Made by a program: the position numbers and the translations under genes
Notes under the pieces: model-generated
Database searches by the model: none
What the model was told of the DNA's origin: nothing
Seen by the model: the letters and a program-made list of their open reading frames with translations, nothing else
In this document: positions 16,563 to 29,820 of the stretch, piece after piece
Layout of the letters: each line of letters begins with the position of its first letter
Numbering within the stretch: the first letter of the stretch is position 1
Assembly: GCF_009834535.1 (NCBI RefSeq)
Contig: NC_045710.1
Location: 18,662,001 to 18,726,000 of the forward strand
Source of the DNA: Camelus ferus
Taxonomy: Eukaryota
DNA length: 64,000 nucleotides
Direction of reading: 5' to 3'

Positions 16563-16592
16563 TCACTGTCTGCGCCGAAGCACCCGGGACAT
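16563..16592 (-). other. 9-codon uORF (MSRVLRRRQ*) in the probable PREB 5' UTR
   Basis: GGC ATG TCC CGG GTG CTT CGG CGC AGA CAG TGA; stop lies 17 nt before the main ATG. Confidence 0.6.
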
Positions 16593-16599
16593 GCCGCGC

Positions 16600-16950
16600 C
16601 CGGCCTTCGACGACTTCTCTGGCCGCTGCTGACCTTGGTCCCCTCGCTGCCGGGAAAACTCCCGACCCCTCTCACACCTGTGGGGTTGGGGAAATTCTCT
16701 AATCACACACGAATCCCTATCTCGGCCCAAGGCAGGCTAACCCTGTCTCGCCGACTCGCAGTGCGCAAGCGCACCGAGCACGACTCTCCTCACGCAGGCG
16801 CGGAGCAGTCAACGCGCGTCAGCACTCGCCGGCCGTGGCCTGCAGGAATCCGGGCGCTAGGATGCCGGTCTTCTCCCCCTTGTGACGTCAGACTACGCCA
16901 TCTTTTTGGGGGGCAGTGGAGGCTCGCGGCCGCTTCACGGAAGCGTCCTT
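16600..16950 (-). promoter_or_regulatory. PREB: PREB CpG-island promoter
   Basis: NRF1-like TGCGCAAGCGCA 16762-16773; full CRE TGACGTCA 16883-16890; YY1-like CGCCATCTT about 16896; ETS CGGAAG about 16938. Confidence 0.75.
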
Positions 16951-17456
16951 GGGGGTTCTGGAGGAGCTGGGTGAATCAGTAAAGGTTAAGGGAGGTTAAT
17001 AAACCTTTAATAAAGAAATCCTTGGGTTAGGACTATCCACACTTCAGGAGGGATAGGCAGACTCATGGAGCGCAGCCTTTATGTTTTACCCCAGAGACGA
17101 AGTGATTTGTCCAAGGTCACGCTCCAGAAACGTGACCCGTCTCTTTTGCCTCTTAACGGAGGCAGCGTGGACTTTAAAACAAACCTGGCTTCAAATCCCG
17201 AATCTACCGCTTCCTAGTATTAGGAAAAAAAACACTTCTTACCTTAACAATTAACACCTGTCCTCTGTGCCCAGGTGGGAGTTAGTTGGCCATTGTCAAG
17301 GCTCCGCACCTAATCCTGCGCCTCAGGGTTTGTGGGTGGGGGCTGCTCCCCTCTGATACACTCAAGGAGGCAACTGGAACCCCAAGACAGGGCAGGTCTC
17401 TGCCTGACACCCCATCCTTCTGAGGGGGTCCTTAGATTTCTGGTGTCCTATAGGAG

Positions 17457-18085
17457 TGATGCAGGAAAAACGGATGCGGGGCGTGAGGAGGGCTGTGTCC
17501 CAGGCTTTGGATGAGCCCCTGGGACGTGCCCTGCCAAGTGTGGGTCCTTGGCTTCAGGCAGGAAAGAATTCAGGAGCAAGCCACAGTTGGGTAAAGGTAG
17601 ATTTATTTAGAGAGATACATCGAAAGGCAAGAGAAAGGCCATGAGGTGTGGGGGTTGGGTGCTCAGATTAGAGTATAAGTAGGTACACACTCCATAGAGT
17701 GCAGGCCATCTCTAAAGTGGGAGAGACAGGGCAGTGGCCGCAAGTTGTGTTGCCTGTTTTTATGGGCTCAGTGGCCTCATATGCTAATAAGTGGAAGGAC
17801 AAGTCTTGACTAGCCTGGGGAAGGGGCTGGGATTCCCAGTAAGTTGGCCATTTCCCACTCTGACCTCTTGTGGCTAGCCCTGGGACTGTCATGGCGCCTG
17901 CTGGCATGTTATTCACCATGCTAGTATATTACAATGGGCATATAATGAAGCTCAAGTTCTACTAGAAGTCAAATCTCCCACCATCTTGAGCCTCAAGGCC
18001 TACTAGAGGGTTGAATCCTCCACCATTTTGATGTTAGTTGCTGTATCATTCCTTGAATGGCTGTGCCCTGCCCGCTCCTGTCTCA
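17457..18085 (-). mobile_element. Solo ERV1-class LTR
   Basis: TG...CA termini; 4-bp TSD GGAG (17453-17456, 18086-18089); on the minus strand CATAAAA TATA-like box at 17764-17758 and AATAAA at 17607-17602. Confidence 0.85.
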
Positions 18086-18460
18086 GGAGGACCCCATGTT
18101 TCTCTGCAAGTGAACGCTAGTCATGCCCTTCCCTCCAAGGAGACACCTCCTGCTGCTCCCCTGGCATGCATCAGCATGCATCCTTATTAATCTAAGGTGT
18201 GGCCAGAGGAAGGGGCCTGGTGGCTTCATCTCTGGGGATGCCATTATCTGTCCCACCGAATTGAATTAAATGTGTGAAGGGCCTGGCAGGGCCCTCTGCA
18301 CATCTCAGGTGCTCAGGCCTTCTGAGTCCTTTGCCCTCCTCAGATACATGGCCATTCTGTTTCTTTTGACTCTCTTTGTTGGGTTCCAGTCCTCCTGAAG
18401 GTACAACCACCCACTGTGTCTGCTCAGTAAGACACAAGCACAAGTTTCACAGGGTCAGGC

Positions 18461-18466
18461 TTTATT
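18461..18466 (-). terminator. PRR30: PRR30 poly(A) signal AATAAA
   Basis: TTTATT on plus, about 220 nt after the PRR30 stop. Confidence 0.7.
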
Positions 18467-18688
18467 GGATACACTGAAGGCTAAGTGGGGCCTCAGGTGC
18501 CCTTGGTCCTCTTCAGCCAGGAGAGAACAGACTCCACAAGGGGCTCCCAGGATTCAGGGCTGGAGAACACACCTGACCTCCAGCCAGCCAGCCCTTCAGA
18601 GTGTCTCGGGGGCTCCCCGAGATCTGGGGCCTGGCAGGGATGGTGGGGTTTGGAGGAGGTGCTCCAGGGAGCCTTCGTGGCTCTGAAA

Positions 18689-20254
<1,566 letters not shown>

Positions 20255-20538
20255 TTAGGATCTGTGGAGAAAAAAACAGAGCTCAAGATATTGAGAGAAT
20301 GGGTCTGTTTCTGGCTCTGCCTAATGTACCATGCAGGCTGTTTCACCAAGAACTTAAATATCACCTCTGGGGTCAGAAGAGCTGACAAAATGCTCCAGGG
20401 AAGGTGAAAGTTAGGAGGGGAGGAATAGGGAAGGAGGGAGGGTAGGATGGGTTGGATAGAGTTAGAGGAGGGGGCTTGGGGGATGGAGGCTGAGATGGGA
20501 CTAGAAATAGCGAGTGTTCTGGCGCTGTGAGCTCTTAC

Positions 20539-20592
20539 CAATGAGGGTCCCTCTGAGCTGTGTTTCTGAAGGCACTTCAGCGACACGGGGAC
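20539..20592 (-). other. PRR30: Probable 54-nt non-coding 5' UTR exon of PRR30
   Basis: Acceptor cctctctctcccag| and donor TTG|GTAAGA on minus; a further donor AGA|GTGAGT at 20671/20670. Confidence 0.5.
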
Positions 20593-22529
20593 CTGGGAGA
20601 GAGAGGAACAGAGTCAACAAATGATGGATAAGTTCATCCCTGCCCCCAGCATCTGTCACCCTAAACTCACTCTGACCCAGATTTCTGTCCGAGTCTTGCC
20701 CTCTGTCCTTCAGCCAGGAGGAGGTCTTCTGTTACGGACTTTTGTTCTCCTAAATCTGAAACAAAGATTCTGCAAGCATCCTGGTTTCCTGGCACTCTGG
20801 TTGCCCTAATCCCTGTGGTCCCTAATGCTAATGTCCCCTGGCTTAGCCTGGACCCAGCCAAGATGGCTTATCACGATCAGCAGCAGCAGTGGGGCCAGCT
20901 GGTGAAAGCCTAGAAGTCAAGGACTTTGTCTAAGGGGTGGTGTTGCCGCCCCACTTGGGAGCTGGGAGCCCCATTTCCTGGGGTCAGTACTCCCTGGAAT
21001 CCAGTACCTGTGTCACAAAGGTCAGGTGCTGACATCACATACTCTTCTCCTCAAGGCTCTGGGACCTTCTTTCAGAGATCATCCTGAGGCTGGCCCTTGA
21101 CAAAACTGAAGCAAGCAAAATTCTTTGGGGCACCCAAGTCTCCCCTTCAGGGCCTAGTCCCCACCTCTGCTCTCTGCCCATATACTTTAAACCTCCCACC
21201 ACCTCCTCCAGCCAGGGGTCTCCCCAGCCATACAGCCTGTTTGGGCTGGACACTCCCTTCAACTGTTGGTTTTCATTTGTTTTCTGAGCACTGACTTACG
21301 CTCCACACCTTATATGCTTATATGTTTTTAATAGCTATTTTCTTTCTTTTTTTTTTTTATTATTGAAGTACAGTCAATTACAATGTGTCAATCTCTGGTG
21401 TACAGCACAATGTCCCAGTCATGCATATATATATGTGTTCATATTTTAATAGCTATTTTATCAATAGCTCTATTGAGATGTAATTCATGTACCATGCAAT
21501 CCACCCACTTAAAGTGTGCAGTATCCTCACAGGGTTGTACAACCATCACCGCAATCTAATTTTAGGACATAGTTATACCCAGGAAAAGAAATCTCATACC
21601 CATAGTCACTCTTCATTCCCCCCCACCCTCGCCAGTCCCTGGNNNNNNNNNNNNNNNNNNNNNNNNNNNNNNNNNNNNNNNNNNNNNNNNNNNNNNNNNN
21701 NNNNNNNNNNNNNNNNNNNNNNNNNNNNNNNNNNNNNNNNNNNNNNNNNNNNNNNNNNNNNNNNNNNNNNNNNNCATTTATCGTTACTTTATTTCTTTTT
21801 ATTGCAAATAAAATTCCTTTATATAGATGTGCCATATTTTATTTTCCCGTTTATCAATTGGTGGACTTTTTTTTTTTTTTTTTACTTTTTTGGCAATTAT
21901 GAACAATGCTGCTGTGAACATTCTTGTACAAGTTTTGTACAGACATACGTTTTCATTGATCTTGAGTAGATACCTAGGAGTAGAATTCCTGAATCACATG
22001 ATAAGTCTATATTTAACACTTTGAAGAACTGCCAAACTGTCTTCCAAATCATCTGTACCATTTTTCAATCCCACCAGCAAGGTATGAGGGGTCCAAGTTT
22101 TCCTATCCTCACCAACACATGTTACTGTCTGTCTTTTTGATTTTCGCAAAACTAGTTAGGTGTGAAATAGTATAATATTGTGATTTTGATTTACATTCTC
22201 TTAATGGTTAATGATGTTGAGTGTCCTTTCATGTGCACGTTGGCTATTTGTTTATCTTCTTTGGAGAAATATCTGTTCAAATCTTTAGCCTATCTTTTAG
22301 TTAGGTCACATAGATTTGCTCTGTTTTCTTCTGAGACTTTTGTAGTTTTTACCTGTTAAAATTACATCTATGATCCACTTTGAGTTAAATTTTGAATGTG
22401 GTTGAAGGGGTCCAACTTCATTCTTTTGCATGTAAATATCCAGTTGTCCCAACACCATTTGTTGAAGAGACTGTTTTTTCCCCACTGAATTGTCATGGTA
22501 TCCTTGTCAAAAATCTGTTGGCCATTGTT

Positions 22530-23200
22530 TAAGTTTCCTATTGCCCCTGTAACAAATTACCTCATACTTNNNNNNNNNNNNNNNNNNNNNNNNNNNNNNN
22601 NNNNNNNNNNNNNNNNNNNNNNNNNNNNNNNNNNNNNNNNNNNNNNNNNNNNNNNNNNNNNNNNNNNNNNNNNNNNNNNNNNNNNNNNNNNNNNNNNNNN
22701 NNNATCTTGCCTCTTCCAGCTTCTGAAGGTTGTGCACATTCCTTGGTTTGTGGTCCCTCTCCTCAATCTTCAAAGCCATCATCATTGTATCTCCATGATC
22801 ATTCTTGTGGCTCTAAACAACTCTGCCTCCCTTTTCAATTTTTTTTTTTTTTGAATAAAGGTAGATTTATTTAGAGAGAGACACCGAAAGGCAAGAGAAA
22901 GGCCACAAGGTATGGGGGTTGGGTGCTCAGATTAGAGTTAAAGTAGGTACACACTCCATAGACAGAGTGCGGGCTGTCTCCAAAGAAGGAGAGAGAGAGA
23001 GGGCAGTGAACCCTTTCAATTTTTAACTACACTTGTGATTACATTGGGCCCAATCCAGGACAATTTATCCTAAAGTCAGCTGATTAGCAACCTTAATTTA
23101 CCCTTCCCATGTAACCTAATATTTTCACAGGTTACAGGGACTAAAACATGGACATTTAGGAGAGGTATTACCTTGCTTACCAAAACCATAAATGTCCTTC
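22530..23200 (-). mobile_element. MLT1-type MaLR LTR nested in L1
   Basis: tttcctattgcccctgtaacaaattacc...tcttgcctcttccagcttct...gattacattgggcccaatccagga...catggacatt. Confidence 0.7.
22829..23024 (-). mobile_element. Polyadenylated retrocopy of an LTR R region, with TSD
   Basis: 22853-23008 is highly similar to 17591-17736 of the solo LTR; poly(T) 22839-22852; TSD CCCTTTTCAATTTTT / CCCTTTCAATTTTT; TTTT/AA L1 endonuclease site at 23021-23026. Confidence 0.85.
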
Positions 23201-25012
23201 CTTTCCAATCTGGATGCTGGTTTCTTTTTCTTGCCTACTTGCCTTGATAGAAGAAGAATATTGAATAAAAGATGAGAGTGGACATCCTTGTTGTGTTCCT
23301 GATCTTAGGGAGAAAGCATTCACCACTAAATCTAGTGTTAGCTGTGGGTTTTTCATAGATACTCTTTATCAGGTTGAGGGAATTTACTGAAGCGGTTTGA
23401 TCATAAAAGGATATTGGATTCTGTCAAACACTTTTTATTCATTTGTTGAGTGATCATATGGTTGTTGTCCTTTATTTTATTAATGTAGTGTGTTAAACAG
23501 CAATTCATTTTCGAGTGTTAAGCAAACTCTCCATTTCCACTGGGACATGATGTATAATTCTTTTTACATGTTGCTGGATTCTGTTTGTATTTTGTTGAGG
23601 AATTTTCTGTCTTTATTTGTAAGGGATATTGGTCTGTAGTTTTCCTGTGATGTCTAGTTTTAGTATCTCCGTAAAACTGGGCATCATAGAATGAGTTGGG
23701 ACGTGTTCCCTCCTGTTCCATTTGTTGGAACAATTTATGAAGGACTGATACTCATTTTTATCTCAATATTTGGTAGAATTCACCAGTGAAGCTGTCTGAG
23801 TCTGGGCTTTTCTTGTGGGAGGTTTTTATATTACTAATTCAATCTCTGACAGTATTTTTTCCCAGATTTTCTGTATCTTCTTGAGTCAATTTTGGTAGTT
23901 TGTGTTTTTCTAGGAAATTGTCTTTTCCTCTAAGTTATCTATTTTTGTTGGCATATAGTTGTTTATAGTATTCCCCTTTAATCCTTTTTCTTTATGTATG
24001 GTCAATAAGAATGTTCCCTTTTTCATTTATTTTAGTAATTTGAGTCCTCTTTTTCTCTTGGTCAACCTAGATGAAGTTTTCCAATTTTGTTGATCTTAGA
24101 ACCAACTTTTTTTTCACTTTCTCCAATGTTTTTCTATTCTCTATTTTATTTATTTTTGCTCTAATCTTCATTATTTCTTTCCTTCTGCTTGCTCTGAGTT
24201 TAGTTTATTCTTCCCTTTCTGGTTTCCTAAGGTAAGTAGGTTATTGGTTTGAGATTTTTATTGTTTTTTATATATAGACGTTTATAGCTATAAATTCTCC
24301 CTCTTTCTTACTGCTTTAGCTGCATCCCATAAGTTTTGCTGCATTGTTTTTCTGTTTTCATTAATCTTAAAGTATTTTCTAATTTCCCTTGCAATTTCTT
24401 CTTTGACATACTGATTATTTGGAAGTATGTTGTTTAATTTCTATACATTTGTGAATTTCCTAGATTTATTCTTTTGTTGATTTCTAACTTAATTCCATTG
24501 TGGTTGGAGAACATACTTTGCAGGAAATTTATCTTTTTAAATCTTCAAAGGCTTTTTTTTATGCCCTAACATATGATCTATTTTGGAAAATGTTTCATGC
24601 ACACTTCAGAATAATGTATATTCTGTTGTTGTTGAGTGTTCTTTGATGTCTGTTCAATTTAGTCAGTTTATCGCATTGGTTGAATCTTCTGTATATTTTT
24701 TGGTTTTCTGCCTAATTGTTGAATACTGTAAATTTAAGAAAGATTGATAGACCAGACATAAGCCTTTCTATAAGCTTGTTTCTTAGATGAAAGGAGGCCC
24801 TGCAGTCTTCAGTGAGGCTCTCAGGACTCTCTCCCTTCAGAAGCAAGGCTTCCTTAGACAGCTCCCAAGGGATGAAGAGTCAAGGTCATTAAATTAAAAC
24901 TTCTAATACCACCTCTTCTCCATTCCACAGTAAATCTGAATTCAGACTATCCCAGAGAGGGACAAAATACCTTGTTTCCAATGTCAGGATTTGCCCTTAA
25001 CAGAAATATATA

Positions 25013-25679
25013 TGTATTAGTCTGGGTTCTTCAGAGAAACAAACCAATGGGATATATCTGTCTGTGTCTGTGTCTGTGTTTGTGTCTGTGTCTAGATCTA
25101 TCTAGATATAGATATATGCTATTGGTATCTTCCTAAGAAATTGTTTCATCTAAGTTATCTACTTTTGTTGGTGTATGGTTGAGTATATCTATATACCATA
25201 TACATATATGGTATATGTGTGTATGTATGTGTGTGTGTATGTATATGTATACATATATACACACACACATATATATATGTGAGAGAGAGAGAGAAATTTG
25301 TTATAAGGAATTGGCTCATGCAGTGAGGGAGTATGCAAAGTCCCAAGGTTCACAGTCAGCAAGCTAGAGACCAGGAGAGCCAATGGTATAAGTTCCAGTC
25401 CAAGTCTGAGTCCAAAGGCAGGAGAAGACAGATGTCCTAGCTTGAAGACAGGCAGAGAGGGTAAATTCTCCTTTACTCCACCATTTTGTTCTATTCAGGC
25501 CTTCCATGAATTGGACAAGGCCCACTCACATTAGAGAGAGCAATTTGCATATTAGTCTGCTGATTCAGATGTTAATCTCATCTGGAATCATCCTCAAAGG
25601 CACACCCAGAATAATGTTTAACCAAATATCTGGGCACCTCTTGGCCCAGTCAGACTGACGTAAAAAATTAGCCATCACA
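25013..25679 (-). mobile_element. MLT2 (ERVL) LTR with internal microsatellites
   Basis: tgtattagtctgggttcttcagagaaac...aaggaattggctcatg...cacacccagaataatgtttaaccaaatatctgggcacc...ccatcaca; near-TSD ATATA/GTATA. Confidence 0.85.
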
Positions 25680-25964
25680 GTATATAAGTGAAAGGTGACG
25701 TGCTTTTTCAAGAGTCTGTGATGCTTAGATTAAAGGAGGCTTTGCCCATTTCAGCATTTCTAATTGTCTCCCTTTTTTGGTGCCCTGGAGGTTTTTTTCA
25801 CCCCAGGGCAAGTCATCATAATAAAATTAGGACTGAGTAAGAAGTATGGCTACTATAAAGTGACAGAGGGTTCTTATGAAAAGGTGGGTGGTGGGAAAGC
25901 AGAACCAGGCAAAATCTCAGGCATATCAGTTTTAGGAAGGAGGTAATATGGAACTTGAGATCCA

Positions 25965-26052
25965 GCCTTAGGGACTGAGGGGTCCCTGAGATGCGGACTT
26001 TCAGTGCTAAAACCAAAACTGTTTCAGATAAACTGGGATAATTGGTCACCCT
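25965..26052. mobile_element. MER96-like hAT MITE fragment
   Basis: gggactgaggggtccctgagatgcggactttcagtgctaaaacc...ttggtcacccta. Confidence 0.5.
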
Positions 26053-27888
26053 AGAACTTGAATCCTTTTGGAAAATATTCTTCTTCCCCCTAAGGGTATG
26101 AGGGCCCCAGTTTGAAGATTACTGTTCAAAAAAAATTTCTATAGTAATGTCAGTTTACACTAGCCACTTTCTCCCTTGCTTTGTGTTAATTACTATATGA
26201 TTAATAAAACTTTACTGACCAAGCAAATGGAAACACTCTAAGCATTTGGCATCCAAGTTGGGAACATGATATTGTAATGCAGTTGTTTTCTGTTCTGCTA
26301 GCTGTTTCCTGTTGTAGGTGTGATCTAACATACACTTTTTCCAAGAAGTAGTGGAGAAGAACACTGGACAAGAACACGGTGTTCTGTTTCTTTCAAATGC
26401 TCTATAGCAAGCTCTTTCCAGAAATCCACAAGTGTTTGTTGAGAGGATGAATGAATGAGTAAATTGATTTATCTAAAAAAACTTTACATTTGCCCTTTTC
26501 TTTTTCTTTCTTTTCTGTTTAGGTTCTACATTATAATATGACAGGAAGGGGCTGCTTACAGAACTACTTTGAGTGTTCTTGGAGAAATCCTGATTATAAG
26601 AGAGGTGTCAGACAACAGAAATAGTAAATATTCAAAAAGGGAAAAAAGATAAATTCTAGAATCTCAAATCAGTCAAATTTCTAGTTGCCTGCCAGGAAAA
26701 TTTTACTCTCTATTATTAAGAAGAATGTATGTGAGCTCTTAGAAAGGAGCTCTTAGGAAATGGATGGTCACAATGGCCAGAGTCGGTTCAAGTAAAACAA
26801 TCTGTAGAGAACAGGCAACCGTCCAGAAGTGGCATATATGCCGTGTCATCAGGGAAGGCAGTTATATCTGACCTTTCACTTTCCAGGATAAGAAACGTGC
26901 TCTTGAACATGCCAACTAAAACACACAGCCTGTAGTCAGTGCCAGAATGCCAATTCATAAATTTACTCTAAAAAAGTATTTCACACAGACAGGCGATAAT
27001 TAGCATATTCTAACCCTCTACAGTGTATTTGGAAGGTCAAAATGTAATCAGAATCCACATAATTGATTTACCATGAGAAGTCATAGTTGTAGGGATTGAC
27101 TTACCACTTTCAAAATCATCAATAGTCTCAAATCATGTAGACAGAACTGCCTAGGAGTCAGAAGGAGGCTAGAAACATGGTTTCAGAACAAGAAAAATTG
27201 TGCAATTTAATAAATTGATTGCCTGAGAGCACCAAGCGAAGAGAGTTGGTTTCACTCATCTCAACAGAAATACTCAAAGTCTGTTGGGCCAAGCTCTATC
27301 TTTTCTGAACAGTGCTGGGATGAGTATCATTGAATTTGTCTCTGTGACTCTTCTTACTTTTCCAAAGTTGATCAACACATTCCCTCAAACCAGCTACTAT
27401 GGAGACTTGCTAGACCGGTATTAAAGTTTGCATACCTACACTCGAATGTACAGTGAGTTGCCTTTGCAGTTCTGCAATGCATTTTACCTTATTCCCAAGT
27501 GCTTGTTTGTGCCTAAGCATAGTCTTTAAGTACTTCTCACATTACTCTTATTTCCTACTTTGTAAATGGGTTTTCTAGCCTGGGAATTAAAATAATCCCT
27601 ATGGATATTGATTTCATCAAGGCTTTGACAGAGTATTGTGGGGGGAAACTGTGAGCCAGCCAGTTGAACCATGACTGCTTTTTTGCCTTTTAGCACTTAC
27701 TGTTCTTTGAAGTATAAAAACAATACACAAATTCCATTACATAAAATCCAAACAATGCACATGTGTACAGAGTAAAATTTTAAAATTGGCCTTGACACTC
27801 TTCCTATTTTTGCTCTCTCCAGGGCTATCCACTGTTTATCCTCTACTTTGGAATATATTTAATACTTAAGTGTATTAATTAGAATCTA

Positions 27889-28030
27889 GGGGGAGGGTAT
27901 AGCTTAAGTGGTAGAGCTCATGCTTAGCATGTATGAGGTCGTGGGTTGGATCCCCAGTAGCTTCCTCTAAAAATAAAGAAATAAACCTAATTACCTCCCC
28001 CACCAAAAACAAATAAACAAACAAACAAAA
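27889..28030 (+). mobile_element. Camelid tRNA-derived SINE (vic-1 type)
   Basis: ggggagggtatagcttaagtggtagagctcatgcttagcatgtatgaggtcgtgggttggatcccc (A/B boxes) followed by an A-rich tail. Confidence 0.8.
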
Positions 28031-28039
28031 AGTATCTCT

Positions 28040-29320
28040 GCTTATGTATCTCCGCTTAATCTATCAGTTTCTGAAAGGGGCATGTTAAAATCAACTATAA
28101 TTGTTGATTTATCTATTTCTTCCTGCATTTCTGTCAGTTGATGCTTGATGTATTTTTGAGGCTATATTATTAGGTACAAAAATATGTTTATAAAAAAAAA
28201 GTTTATGATGATTATGTCTTCTTGTTCTGTTGTTCTTTTTATCATTTAGCAAATTACAATACACTTTAAAGACAAACCAACCCAGCTTTCTTCTCCAGAA
28301 GTTGGAAAATGAATAGTAAGGCAAAACTGAAGAAGTAAGAAGGAAGAAAATTAAAATGATAAGGCTTAAAAATTAGTGAAATGGAGGACGCTTTAAAAGA
28401 ATATCGATTCACACTCATTAGGATAGCAATTATGAAACAAAAACAAAACAGACAATAACAAGTGTTGCAGAGGATGTGGAGAAATTGGAACTCTTGTACA
28501 CAGCTGACAGTATGTAAAATGCTGCAGCTACAATGAAAAATAGTATGGCAGTCCCTTGAAAAATTAAAAATNNNNNNNNNNNNNNNNNNNNNNNNNNNNN
28601 NNNNNNNNNNNNNNNNNNNNNNNNNNNNNNNNNNNNNNNNNNNNNNNNNNNNNNNNNNNNNNNNNNNNNNNNNNNNNNNNNNNNNNNNNNNNNNNNNNNN
28701 NNNNNNNNNNNNNNNNNNNNNNNNNNNNNNNNNNNNNNNNNNNNNNNNNNNNNNNNNNNNNNNNNNNNNNNNNNNNNNNNNNNNNNNNNNNNNNNNNNNN
28801 NNNNNNNNNNNNNNNNNNNNNNNNNNNNNNNNTGAAATAAATCACAGTCACAAAAGGACAAATACTGCATGATTCTACTCATATGGGATACTTAGAATAG
28901 TCAACTTCTTAGAGACAGAAAGTTCAGTGGTATAGGGGTTGGGGGAAGGGGGAGTTATTGTTTGGTGAGTACAGAATTTCAGTTTTACAATATGAAAAAT
29001 ATTCCTTGGATGGATGGCAGTGATGTTTGCTCAACAGTGTGAATGCCACTGAACTGTATACTTTAAAATGGCTAAAATGGTACATTTTATCATAATTTTC
29101 TAATAAATAAATAATTTTCAAAGATATAGAATATTGAAATAAAGACAAAGTCTGGTCTTTGAAAAGATTGATAATCTAGGTATTTTTCTGGCAACGTTGA
29201 ACAAGAACAGAAAAGAGTTGGGTGCAAATGAAATACAGGACAAAAAAAAGGGGAAGTATCTGGAGACATAATGGAGACTGAAAAATAATAAAAGAGGACT
29301 CCCATTTGGGGCTGGAAGTA
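28040..29320. mobile_element. L1 fragments (mostly a plus-strand 3' end)
   Basis: acagacaataacaagtgttgcagaggatgtggagaaattggaac...aatactgcatgattctactcatatg...gccactgaactgtatactttaaaatgg. Confidence 0.8.
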
Positions 29321-29559
29321 GTGAAACTTCCAGGGCATTTCTACAGCACCTGAAGCACTAGGAGAAGAATGAGTGACTGTTCCTGAAGGAGAGCGGGCAA
29401 CTGTGGCAGGCTTTCTGTCCCTTCAGCTTGCCTCTTCCTAACTAGCTGTGTGGAGGGTCCAGTGGAGCTCAGCAAACATCCTGGTCCTTGCCTTCAAAGA
29501 CCTCACTTCTAGCACAGGGATAGATGTGTTAAGTAATCCACCCGAGACAGAACAGCATA

Positions 29560-29820
29560 GGGTGAAGGGCAGCCTTCCAAGTCCAACTGACTGCCTGGAC
29601 TTTCATCCACCTCCATCACTTACTAGATGTTTGACATTGAGCAAGTTATTTCACCTCCTGATACCTCAGTTTTCCCATCTGTGAAATAATGATACAAGTC
29701 TTTTTTTCTCAAAAGGTTAATTTGAGAAATAAGATAATACATAATTTGAGAAATAAGATAATAAGATAATACATATTAATACTTAGCACAGTGCCTGGCA
29801 TGTAGTGATCTAAGAACACT
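29560..29820 (+). mobile_element. MIR SINE
   Basis: acattgagcaagttatttcacctcctgatacctcagttttcccatctgtgaaataat...cttagcacagtgcctggcatgtag. Confidence 0.7.

Larger units (their letters stand above)
21340..24725 (-). mobile_element. L1 LINE fragments (old L1M-type ORF2/3' region plus a short young 3' end at about 21340-21435)
   Basis: Antisense L1 text (gctgtgaacattcttgtacaagtttttg, ttggagaaatatctgttcaaatc, ttgtgttcctgatcttagggagaaagc); contains N-runs and nested inserts. Confidence 0.85.

Noticed and set aside
27889-27960. tRNA-like sequences (also 37257 and 63360-63440)
   Set aside because: They are SINE heads with A-rich tails and flanking duplications, without a complete cloverleaf.
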